Source: Patescibacteria group bacterium
GTDB lineage: Bacteria; Patescibacteriota; Microgenomatia; Levybacterales; UBA12049
Assembly (NCBI GenBank): GCA_038063075.1
Contig: JBBTVW010000051.1
Coordinates: 1 to 30,117, forward strand
Reading direction: 5' to 3'
Length of the DNA: 30,117 nucleotides
Shown: piece by piece, positions 9,848 through 18,352 of the stretch
Numbering within the stretch: position 1 is the first letter of the stretch
How the letters are laid out: every line of letters begins with the position of its first letter
Program-made: the position numbers and the translations under genes
The notes under the pieces: generated by a model
The model's database searches: none
The model's input: the letters and a program-made list of their open reading frames with translations, nothing else
What the model was told of the DNA's origin: nothing

Positions 9848-10111
9848 TTATTTTTTATAAATATATTTTTCCCAAAGTTTTTTAAAGTATGGAAGAGTTA
9901 AGGTTGAAAGAAGAAAACCTACGGAAGGAACAATTGCATTAATCCAAGGATCAATTCCTACAATAAATTTAAGATATAATGCTATCGCTAAGTATGTAAA
10001 GATTGCGATTAAAATTTTTCTTGTGTAACTTGTTTCCCAATTCTTATCTTTTTCAACATTTATATTTCTATTTTCAATTTGAGTAATTCTTTCTTCTAAA
10101 TTATTGTTCAT
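9848..10111 (-). CDS. Small hypothetical membrane protein
   Basis: 87 aa: N-terminal coiled segment and two TM helices. AGGAG lies upstream. Confidence 0.8.
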   Translation of the reverse strand: MNNNLEERITQIENRNINVEKDKNWETSYTRKILIAIFTYLAIALYLKFIVGIDPWINAIVPSVGFLLSTLTLPYFKKLWEKYIYKK

Positions 10112-10127
10112 ACAATTATTTCAACTC

Positions 10128-10151
10128 CTAATTTGGGTAGTGACAATTTTT
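10128..10151 (-). repeat. Second copy of the secA 3' end (encodes KNCHYPN*)
   Basis: AAA AAT TGT CAC TAC CCA AAT TAG here versus AAG AAT TGT CAC TAT CCA AAT TAA in secA (11474-11497). 21/24 nt are identical and all three differences are synonymous third-position changes. Confidence 0.85.
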
Positions 10152-10180
10152 GAACGCTAATCAAATAGACTACCTTATAA

Positions 10181-11455
10181 TTAAGAACTAATAAAATCCG
10201 TAAGCCTAACTCCATCAACCTCTTTATCTGTTAATTTTTTTACGGTTTCATCATCACCTTTTTTCCGAGCATAATCAATTGCTATCTGTATAACTTCGCC
10301 TAATCTTTTTCTTTTTGATGTTTTTGCATCATCTCCTGTATCTTCAATTGTAGCATTATGTGTTAAGTTCATCCTTTTGGGAACTACAAAAACATCTGGA
10401 TATAATTCTTCTGTGGAAAGGTAAGGCAAAGCATGTCTCATAAACTCATCGCTTAATAAATAAGAGGTAATCCTCTCCATTCTTTCTTCTCTTGTCTCCG
10501 TAGCGCTACCATCCATCTCGGAAGGAATTGTTCTTCTAAGCATAGAGAAGTATAGTAAACTTGATGGAATAGTTGTGTCTTGTGGACTAACAACGCTTAC
10601 ACTAAAATCAGAATTTGGATCACTGTCTTCATCTTTCAAACGCCTGAATGCTTCCTCAAAAAATTCCACAGATGGTAAAAAGTCTTGAGCTAAAAATTGC
10701 TCTAAGTGATCTGCCCAAGATATGTGATCATACAAAATTGCTCTTTCAAGATCATCAGCTAGTCTAGGATCAGTGAGTAAGTCTGCCCATTTTACACTGT
10801 GAACAACACCCCAAGTACTCAACATTTTATTTTTTACCTCATCACTAAGATTAGGTATTAAATTTATCAGAAATTCTCGAGCCTCATCTAAAGAAAAATT
10901 GGCAACAATCTCCGCATTTGCATTGGTAAAATCAGCATAATCAAAAAAATCATAGGAACCGTCTCGAATACCTAATCTTGATATTGCTCTTCTAAATTCG
11001 TTATTATCACCAGGATTAGATTTAATTTTATGCCAATTATCTTCGGTGATAGGTTCATCCTCAACTGGTTGAAACATTTTTCTTACAGCTGGATTAGTAA
11101 CTAGAGCATAATGTTGAAGTACAAAATTTTCAGGATGTCCTTCAGTTTCAAATTGCGCATCTCTTAGAGAACGATGTGGCTTCGCTTCATCTAGCAAAAC
11201 TGAACTAACTACATCGCTTCGGAGTTCTTCTGGACTAGAATACCAGCTAATTAGAGCTTCTAAATGTTGTCCTTGGATCCATAATTCATTTGTTGCAACT
11301 AATAGAGCTCTTGATAATTCTCTTCTATCGGGTGGAATAACAATTGGAGAGTCGGGATAAGTCTCCACACGACCAAACCTTAATTTTCTTACAGGTGGTG
11401 TTTTAGCATCATTCTCAGGGCGAGAAGATTTTGATCGTTCTACTTTGTCGTTCAT
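10181..11455 (-). CDS. Orphan acidic soluble protein of unknown function, probably inserted
   Basis: 424-aa ORF with its own TGC-TATTAT box 6 nt before the ATG. It lies between the two secA-end copies. No family was recognised. Confidence 0.85.
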   Translation of the reverse strand: MNDKVERSKSSRPENDAKTPPVRKLRFGRVETYPDSPIVIPPDRRELSRALLVATNELWIQGQHLEALISWYSSPEELRSDVVSSVLLDEAKPHRSLRDAQFETEGHPENFVLQHYALVTNPAVRKMFQPVEDEPITEDNWHKIKSNPGDNNEFRRAISRLGIRDGSYDFFDYADFTNANAEIVANFSLDEAREFLINLIPNLSDEVKNKMLSTWGVVHSVKWADLLTDPRLADDLERAILYDHISWADHLEQFLAQDFLPSVEFFEEAFRRLKDEDSDPNSDFSVSVVSPQDTTIPSSLLYFSMLRRTIPSEMDGSATETREERMERITSYLLSDEFMRHALPYLSTEELYPDVFVVPKRMNLTHNATIEDTGDDAKTSKRKRLGEVIQIAIDYARKKGDDETVKKLTDKEVDGVRLTDFISS

Positions 11456-11473
11456 ATCAACATAATAGCAAAA

Positions 11474-14173
11474 TTAATTTGGATAGTGACAATTCTTATA
11501 CTTCACGTGTGTTCCATCTGATTTAGTTCTTCCACACCAACATGGATCATTTCTGCCAAGCTTTTTCTTAACTATAGCTTTCTGATCATCTGAAACTTCT
11601 TTATTTACATTTGATCCAGCTGCATTTTGGGTAACACCAGGCTTAGTAAGTGGATTTTCAATAGGATGCTCATGATGAAGATGGATTTTATAAATTCTAT
11701 GAATCATTTCATCATCTATAGCATTTATTAATTTTTCAAACATTGCGTATGCTTCATTTTTATATTCAACTAATGGATCTTTCTGCCCATATCCTCTTAA
11801 GCCAATTCCTTGTCTTAAATTATCTATTGCATCTAAATGATCAACCCAAAGATTATCGACTACAGAAAGTGCTACATATCTTTCAAGTTGTCGCATAACC
11901 TCTTCTCCCATCTCTTTTTCTCTTTTTTGATAAAGATCATCAGCAATATTTGTTAAAAAGGAAGTTTTTTCTTCAAAGTTTTTTAACTGTTCAATTTGTG
12001 TAATTATTTGTTTAATTGAATTTTCATCAAAAGGTATTATGGTAGCAAATTGTTCTGCAATTTTTTCAGATGAGGATTTGCCTTCTTCGAAACTCTCAGA
12101 ATACATTACTACTAATGAGGTAATACTTGCATGAATTTTTTCAATAATATCTTCTCTTAATTTAGTTTCTTTATCATCGGCTTCTAAGACTGCCTTTCTT
12201 CTTTGATAAATTATTTCCCTTTGTTTATTTAAAACATCATCATAGTCAACTAAATGTTTTCTGATATCAAAATTATACCCCTCAACCTTAACCTGAGCTT
12301 GTTCTATTGCTCTTGAGACTAGTGGATGAGAAAGAGGTACATCTTCTGGCATATTAAATCTTGTCATTAGCCCCGATATTGTATCTCCACCAAAAAGCCT
12401 CATGATGTCATCATCAAGACCAACAAAGAATTGTGAAAGACCAGGATCACCTTGTCTTCCAGATCTTCCTCTTAACTGATTATCAATTCTTCTAGATTCA
12501 TGTCTTTCTGTTCCTATTACATATAATCCACCAAGATCCAAAACTTCCTTGTGTTTTCTTTCCCATTCTTTCCATTCTTTAGAATCCTTGTCATCAGTTC
12601 CATCAGCATTTCTTGGAGGCTCTCCACCTAAGATAATATCAACACCACGTCCTGCCATATTAGTTGCTACAGTTACTGCACCTTTTTCTCCTGCTTTTGC
12701 AATAATTTCTGCTTCTCTTTCATGATTTTTAGCATTTAATACTTCATGCTTTATTCCTTTTCTTTTTAGAAGCTCACTTACGATTTCATTCTTATCGATA
12801 GAGGTTGTTCCGACTAATACGGGCTGACCTCTTTTATGTGCTTTTTCAATCTCAACTGCAACTGCAGTATATTTTGCTCTAGAAGTTTTATATATAGCAT
12901 CTGCCATATCATTTCTTACCATGTCTCTATGAGTTGGAATAACAACAACATCTAATTTATAGATCTTATTAAACTCCTCAGCCTCTGTTACGGCAGTTCC
13001 TGTCATTCCTGCTAAAAGTTCGTACATTCTGAAATAATTTTGCAAAGAAACTGTTGCTAGTGTTTTTGACTCTCTTTGAATAACGACTGCTTCTTTTGCT
13101 TCGATAGCTTGATGGAGTCCTTCAGAAAGCCTTCTTCCAACCATAAGTCTTCCTGTGAATTCATCAACTAAGATTACTTCTCCGTCTTTTACTATATAAT
13201 CTTTTTCTTTATGAAAAAGAGTTCTTGCTTTTAAAGCTGCTTCTAGGTGATAAACGGTATCAAAATCTTTTTCATAGATATTTGCAATTCCATAAAGTTT
13301 TTCAATCTTTCCTATTCCATGATCTGTTAGGTGAGCTGTTCTTAGCTTTTCATCAATCTTATAATCAGTTTCTGAAGATAATTTATCTACAAGCTTTGCA
13401 TATTCATAATATTTTTTAGTAGGTTCTTCATCAGGAGCTGAAATAATATGTGGCGTTCTTGCTTCATCGATTAAAACAGAATCAACTTCATCAACAACTG
13501 CAAAATAAAAACCTCTTTGAGCTAATGAGTTCTTATCTTGGGCCATGTTATCCCTAAGATAATCAAAACCAAATTCTGAATTAATTCCATAAACAACATC
13601 GGCCAAATAAGCTTCTTTTCTTTCAATTGATTTTAAATGTAAAAGCCTATTATCCGTTGCCTCTTTGTTTACAAACTTGGGGTCAAAAAGAAAAGATTGT
13701 TCACTAATAATTGAAGATACGCTAAGTCCTAGGTAATTAAATATTGGTCCCATCCAACCTGCATCTCTTCTTGCCAAATAATCGTTTACAGTAACTAAAT
13801 GTACTCCTTTTCCAGTTAATGAGTGAAGATATAAGGCTGGAGTTGCAGATAATGTTTTTCCCTCTCCTGTTTTTTGCTCAGCTATTTTTCCATTAGCAAG
13901 TGAGGCTGCTGCCATAAGTTGAACATCAAAATGCCTAAGCCCTAATGTTCTAAAAGCTGCTTCTCTTGTTAGGGCAAAAGCTTCTGCCATTAAGCTTTCA
14001 AGTGGCTCACCATCTTCAACTCTTTCTTTTAATTCTTTTGTTTTTTTGGGGAAATCTGTAGCTTTTAATTTCTTAATCTTTGGTTCTAAACTATTGATCT
14101 CTTCAATTAGAGAGTTTAGCTTACTTATTTCTTTTTCATTGGAATCAAATAACTTTCCGAAGATATTTAGCAT
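11474..14173 (-). CDS. secA: Preprotein translocase subunit SecA
   Basis: QKTGEGKT, VDEVDSVLIDEARTP and RRIDNQLRGRSGRQGDPG motifs, plus a C-terminal SEC-C motif (GRNDPCWCG...KYKNCH); 899 aa. Confidence 0.99.
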   Translation of the reverse strand: MLNIFGKLFDSNEKEISKLNSLIEEINSLEPKIKKLKATDFPKKTKELKERVEDGEPLESLMAEAFALTREAAFRTLGLRHFDVQLMAAASLANGKIAEQKTGEGKTLSATPALYLHSLTGKGVHLVTVNDYLARRDAGWMGPIFNYLGLSVSSIISEQSFLFDPKFVNKEATDNRLLHLKSIERKEAYLADVVYGINSEFGFDYLRDNMAQDKNSLAQRGFYFAVVDEVDSVLIDEARTPHIISAPDEEPTKKYYEYAKLVDKLSSETDYKIDEKLRTAHLTDHGIGKIEKLYGIANIYEKDFDTVYHLEAALKARTLFHKEKDYIVKDGEVILVDEFTGRLMVGRRLSEGLHQAIEAKEAVVIQRESKTLATVSLQNYFRMYELLAGMTGTAVTEAEEFNKIYKLDVVVIPTHRDMVRNDMADAIYKTSRAKYTAVAVEIEKAHKRGQPVLVGTTSIDKNEIVSELLKRKGIKHEVLNAKNHEREAEIIAKAGEKGAVTVATNMAGRGVDIILGGEPPRNADGTDDKDSKEWKEWERKHKEVLDLGGLYVIGTERHESRRIDNQLRGRSGRQGDPGLSQFFVGLDDDIMRLFGGDTISGLMTRFNMPEDVPLSHPLVSRAIEQAQVKVEGYNFDIRKHLVDYDDVLNKQREIIYQRRKAVLEADDKETKLREDIIEKIHASITSLVVMYSESFEEGKSSSEKIAEQFATIIPFDENSIKQIITQIEQLKNFEEKTSFLTNIADDLYQKREKEMGEEVMRQLERYVALSVVDNLWVDHLDAIDNLRQGIGLRGYGQKDPLVEYKNEAYAMFEKLINAIDDEMIHRIYKIHLHHEHPIENPLTKPGVTQNAAGSNVNKEVSDDQKAIVKKKLGRNDPCWCGRTKSDGTHVKYKNCHYPN

Positions 14174-14179
14174 ACACTT

Positions 14180-14188
14180 ATCTTAACA
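14180..14188 (-). promoter_or_regulatory. Extended -10 promoter of secA (predicted leaderless)
   Basis: TGT-TAAGAT, then 6 nt (aagtgt), then ATG. No SD is present. Confidence 0.6.
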
Positions 14189-14200
14189 CAATTTAGCTTC

Positions 14201-14232
14201 AAAAAAAATCCCTCACCGTTACAGCGAGGGAT
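14201..14232 (-). terminator. Intrinsic terminator
   Basis: ATCCCTCGCTG-TAA-CGGTGAGGGAT forms an 11-bp stem with two G-U pairs, followed by a T run. Confidence 0.85.
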
Positions 14233-14282
14233 ATCAATTGATCAATTGATAATAATTGGTAATGTTCCAAATTACTTACCAA

Positions 14283-14312
14283 CTATTTCTTCTTCTTCTT
14301 TTTCTTTGCCAT
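14283..14312 (-). CDS. Putative micro-ORF encoding MAKKKKKKK (9 aa)
   Basis: ATG GCA AAG AAA AAG AAG AAG AAG AAA TAG. SD AGGGGGTGA lies 6 nt upstream, with a promoter upstream and a terminator downstream. Confidence 0.6.
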   Translation of the reverse strand: MAKKKKKKK

Positions 14313-14380
14313 TTTATTTCACCCCCTTTTTTGATTTATAAATTATTAAATTAATTAAAATCTAGCTTTAATTTAATTTA

Positions 14381-14409
14381 ATATTGGATCATTTTTAGAA
14401 GAATGTCAA
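14381..14409 (-). promoter_or_regulatory. Sigma70-type promoter upstream of the micro-ORF
   Basis: TTGACA (14409-14404), 17-nt spacer, CAATAT (14386-14381). Confidence 0.5.
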
Positions 14410-14477
14410 GAAAGGCTATTAGCTTTAAATTGTGAAGTTTAGATTGAATTAGCAATTAAAATTAATTAGGCTATTTT

Positions 14478-15704
14478 TTAGCGTTTTATTACTTCTTTAC
14501 CGATATATTTTTGCAAGACTTCTGGAATTATTATAGAACCATCTTCTTGTTGATAGTTTTCTAAAATTGCAATAATTGGTCTTGTTGAAAAAGCTGTTCC
14601 ATTTAAGATGTTTACGTAATTTTTTTCATTTCCATCTTGATATTTAATATTAAGTCTTCTTGATTGAAAATCTGTAGTAGTTGAGGTTGAAGTTACCTCT
14701 CTGTATTTATTTTCTGAAGGAATCCATGCCTCAAGATCATATTTTCTTGCAGCTGGATAACCTAAATCCCCAGTGCACATTTTTACAACCTGATATGGAA
14801 TACCTAGGGATTGAAGTAATTTTTCTTCTAAAGATAAGAGATATTCATGCTCTTTATCATCTTCTCCTTGTTTTGTATATGAAACCATTTCAACCTTATC
14901 AAATTGATGTGCTCTTAAAATTCCTCTCGTATCTTTTCCGTAACTTCCTGCTTCTCTTCTAAAACAGGTAGAAAAGCCAACATATCTTTTGGGTAAATCT
15001 TTTGCATTTAAAACCTCATCTTTATGTATAGCAACAATTGATTGTTCACTTGTTCCAACTAATACTAGATCATCTTTATCTAAGATATACATATCCTCAT
15101 CTCCACCGTTTTCCATGTAACCTAGTCCTTTCATTACTTCTGTTTTAATTAAAACTGGTGGAATTAAAGGAATAAATCCTTCTTTAAGTAAGAGGTCAAA
15201 GGCTAATTGTCTTAGGGCAAACTCTAAAAGAGCTCCTTCATTTTTTAAGAAATAAAATCTTGCTCCTGATATTTTTGAAGCTCTTACTACGTCAATAATA
15301 TCTAATTTTTCTCCTAAACTAAGATGATCTTTAGGAGCAAAGTTAAATTTAGTTGGTTCTCCAACCCTTCTTAAAACTTCATTCTCAGTATCGTTTTTAC
15401 CAAACTTAACATCGTCTTTTGCAGGATTTGGAAGTTGTAAAAGGTATTTATTTAACTCTTCCTTTATTGCGTTGAGGTCATTTTCATGCTTTTCCAGTTT
15501 TACTTTTACTTCTTTGCCTTTTTCAATATTTTTTTCTTTTGCTGCCCTATTTCTTTCTTCTCTTAAGGATTGGACCATTGTATCTAAGCCTCGAAGTTTA
15601 TTATCGAGTACTAGTATGTGTTCAATATTTACTTCTATTCCTTTTTCTTTTGCTTTTTTAACAACTAAATCTGGATTTTCTCTAATGAATTTTAAATCAA
15701 GCAT
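14478..15704 (-). CDS. serS: Serine--tRNA ligase
   Basis: MLDLKFIREN start, N-terminal coiled coil, motif 2 CFRREAGSYGKDTRG and motif 3 LNGTA. Confidence 0.98.
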   Translation of the reverse strand: MLDLKFIRENPDLVVKKAKEKGIEVNIEHILVLDNKLRGLDTMVQSLREERNRAAKEKNIEKGKEVKVKLEKHENDLNAIKEELNKYLLQLPNPAKDDVKFGKNDTENEVLRRVGEPTKFNFAPKDHLSLGEKLDIIDVVRASKISGARFYFLKNEGALLEFALRQLAFDLLLKEGFIPLIPPVLIKTEVMKGLGYMENGGDEDMYILDKDDLVLVGTSEQSIVAIHKDEVLNAKDLPKRYVGFSTCFRREAGSYGKDTRGILRAHQFDKVEMVSYTKQGEDDKEHEYLLSLEEKLLQSLGIPYQVVKMCTGDLGYPAARKYDLEAWIPSENKYREVTSTSTTTDFQSRRLNIKYQDGNEKNYVNILNGTAFSTRPIIAILENYQQEDGSIIIPEVLQKYIGKEVIKR

Positions 15705-15711
15705 ATTTAAA

Positions 15712-16272
15712 TTATACCATTTTTATTTTTTGAGTATCCATAAACTTTTTAAACTTTTGTAAAGCTTTAGCTCTATGCGAAATTAGGTTTTTCTTTTTAG
15801 GGCCCATTTGAGCAAAAGTCTCTTTTTCTCCATCTGGAATAACAATTGGATCAAATCCCCAACCCTCTGTTCCTTTTTCTTTTAAAGAAAGGGTGCCATT
15901 TACGCTGCCAATAAAAGTATGAATTTTTTTACCATCATGATATGCAATTACACTTTGAACTATTACTTTTCTATTTTTTTCATTCCTTAAAAGCTCTAGA
16001 ATTTTTTTATTTCCTAAAAGGTTATACATGTACTTTACAAATGGGCCTGGAAACTTATTCCAGACGTCAATAAATACACCAACATCATCAACAATTACCG
16101 GTTTTTTAAGAATATTAAATGCCTCCTGAACTTTTTTCCTTGCAACATATTCTAAATCCATACTTTGCACTTCATCTATTTCAATATCTGCAATCTTAAG
16201 AGGAATTTTTAAAATAGCTGATATTTCATCAACTTTTCCTTTGTTACCTGTTGCTACAAAAATCTTTTGCAT
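15712..16272 (-). CDS. rdgB: Non-canonical purine NTP pyrophosphatase (RdgB/HAM1 family)
   Basis: ATGNKGK, FPGPFVK, GWGFDPI and SHR motifs. Confidence 0.93.
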   Translation of the reverse strand: MQKIFVATGNKGKVDEISAILKIPLKIADIEIDEVQSMDLEYVARKKVQEAFNILKKPVIVDDVGVFIDVWNKFPGPFVKYMYNLLGNKKILELLRNEKNRKVIVQSVIAYHDGKKIHTFIGSVNGTLSLKEKGTEGWGFDPIVIPDGEKETFAQMGPKKKNLISHRAKALQKFKKFMDTQKIKMV

Positions 16273-16327
16273 TTCACAAGTATACCACTTTTTTTATATG
16301 TTAAAAAATGCTATTATAGTAACCTAA

Positions 16328-16534
16328 ATGAAAGAAACAACACCAAATTCAACAGAAACATGGATATTCCCAAATGAACCTATAAGAAAAGGCCCAAGGC
16401 CTGTTTTTCCAGAAACACCTATTAAAGTAGTTAATGAAACCTACTTAGCACAATCTAGGCTTAGGGCAAGACGAAGAAGACATCAAAGAGGATTTGAACT
16501 TACTGCAAGATATTCAACATCTAGGCAGCATTAA
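16328..16534 (+). CDS. Small basic hypothetical protein
   Basis: 68-aa ORF filling a gap, with TGC-TATTAT upstream and an Arg-rich stretch (RLRARRRRHQR). It overlaps the lysS end by 14 nt. Confidence 0.5.
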   Translation: MKETTPNSTETWIFPNEPIRKGPRPVFPETPIKVVNETYLAQSRLRARRRRHQRGFELTARYSTSRQH

Positions 16535-18029
16535 ATCTTTTTTTAATAAACTCTTTATCTAAAGAAAGAATAAGCCATGCAGCTTTTGGTCCATGATCTT
16601 TTCCAATCAAACTTAAGTAAATGGCAGCAAAAGTCTCTTTACCGCTTAACCCTAACTCTTTACCTATTTCATAAATTTTTGTTTGAAACTCTTCAGGATC
16701 CCAAGTTTTATCAACTTCTTCTGCAATTTTTCCTAAAACTTCTTTTTGTTTTTCTGACAAATCTTGAGCCTCTTTTGGCAATTCATTTTGTACATGAAAT
16801 TTTTTATCCTCAGGCGCATATTTTTCCAACCAAACTTTAGCAAATGGTACCCATTCATTTAGTCCATTTTTCTTAATCTCCCCTGCCATATTTGGCATCT
16901 GTACCCATTGAGATAAAATTGAAAATTTAACTTTTGGTGGATGCTTTATTTCGTTAATTTGAGAATATTTAAAAATTTTTGCTTTTTCATTATCTTCTAA
17001 GCTTTTATTTTTTACTGCGTCGAAATATATTTGCGCGTACTCTTCATATTCATCGTATAATCTAGGGATTAAATCTGTCCCTAGTGGCGTAAATTCCACA
17101 GCCCTACTTGGCGGATTTTTAATCATTAAAAATCTAACTAATTCAGGTGCTAGTATTTCTAGCAACTGTTCTCCATTTAAGCCAACACCTTTTGAAGAGG
17201 CCATTTTCTTACCTCCTGAAAGAAAAAATTCATATGAGAATTTAAAAGGCGGTTTAACTTTGAATACATCAGTAATTATTCTCATAGCCACATCATAAGT
17301 GCCACCAGCGGATGCATGATCTTTACCAGCCCCTTCTATAGTTACACCGAAAATCCACCATTTAGAAGCCCATTCTACTTTAAAAGGCATTTTACTATTT
17401 CCCTTAAAAGGGGACATTTTACCAATCGTTCCACAACCTTTTGCCCAAATTACTAAATCTGATTTACAAACGAATTCTACTTCTTTTCCATCCCATCCAA
17501 TTACTTTGGTTGTTCCTAATTTTCCGCAATTAGGACATACTACTTGAAGAGGATACCAATCATCACCAAGAGTTTTTTTATATATCTCTTCATATACCCT
17601 TCTTACATCTTTTACATGATCTAGAACAAATTTTATTGCATTATCAAAAGTACCATCTTTATAGAGATCACTTGTTTTATAAATCTCTCCATTTATTCCT
17701 AATTCTTTCAGTATTTTCCTTAATTTATTACCGAAATAATCAGCAAATGAACCATTCCCATCGGGAGAAGGAACAAGATAAATCGGAATACCCATGTATT
17801 TTTCGTGGGTTTGTTTTAAATCAGTAGGTAAACCATCCAAAGGATCTGCATCATCAAATCCATAAGTAAATTTTACTCCTATTCCTCTTTCTTTAAGAAT
17901 TCGAAAAAGAACATCATGCATCACTGGACCTTTCATCGAACCCATGTGAACCATTCCGGACGGAGTCCAGGCGTCATTTATCCATTCATTAACTTTTCTA
18001 TCTTCAAGTAATCGATCTGCCCAAAACAT
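16521..18029 (-). CDS. lysS: Class I lysine--tRNA ligase
   Basis: TPSGMVHMG (HIGH-like), GGKKMASSKG (KMSKS-like), CxxC pairs, and the C-terminal G..HGP anticodon-domain motif. Confidence 0.95.
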   Translation of the reverse strand: MFWADRLLEDRKVNEWINDAWTPSGMVHMGSMKGPVMHDVLFRILKERGIGVKFTYGFDDADPLDGLPTDLKQTHEKYMGIPIYLVPSPDGNGSFADYFGNKLRKILKELGINGEIYKTSDLYKDGTFDNAIKFVLDHVKDVRRVYEEIYKKTLGDDWYPLQVVCPNCGKLGTTKVIGWDGKEVEFVCKSDLVIWAKGCGTIGKMSPFKGNSKMPFKVEWASKWWIFGVTIEGAGKDHASAGGTYDVAMRIITDVFKVKPPFKFSYEFFLSGGKKMASSKGVGLNGEQLLEILAPELVRFLMIKNPPSRAVEFTPLGTDLIPRLYDEYEEYAQIYFDAVKNKSLEDNEKAKIFKYSQINEIKHPPKVKFSILSQWVQMPNMAGEIKKNGLNEWVPFAKVWLEKYAPEDKKFHVQNELPKEAQDLSEKQKEVLGKIAEEVDKTWDPEEFQTKIYEIGKELGLSGKETFAAIYLSLIGKDHGPKAAWLILSLDKEFIKKRFNAA

Positions 18030-18072
18030 AATGTTATTTTACCTTAAAAGAAAATAAATATAAACGGCAAGA

Positions 18073-18327
18073 TTAAGTCCTTAAATGTCCCTGACCTAAT
18101 CTAACAGTACTTGTACTAGGAATAACTTGTCTAGTTGAAATAGGCATACTATTATCCAATTGTAATCCTCTACTAAATCTAAATCTTTGTTTTACCTCTC
18201 TTCTTTCAAAACCCATAGCAAAATCCCTTTTTCCTTCTAATAAAACATTTCTTTCTGCTCTTGGTATAAGAAGATTAAATTCAATACTATTTTTAGCACA
18301 CCGTATTCTAATAATTTCTTTTATCAT
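18073..18327 (-). CDS. Orphan hypothetical protein (84 aa)
   Basis: Start moved to ATG 18327 (MIKEII...), which has SD GAGGAGG 9 nt upstream. Confidence 0.6.
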   Translation of the reverse strand: MIKEIIRIRCAKNSIEFNLLIPRAERNVLLEGKRDFAMGFERREVKQRFRFSRGLQLDNSMPISTRQVIPSTSTVRLGQGHLRT

Positions 18328-18352
18328 CTTTACTTTCCTCCTCTTATGTTTT

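Noticed and set aside
14174-14312. MAKKKKKKK as a SecM-like or classical attenuator controlling secA
   Set aside because: No convincing antiterminator helix was found, and secA has its own extended -10 box downstream of the terminator. Kept only as a secondary hypothesis.
14345-14383. AT-only imperfect inverted repeat near the micro-ORF transcription start
   Set aside because: Low complexity in an AT-rich genome; it cannot be distinguished from chance.
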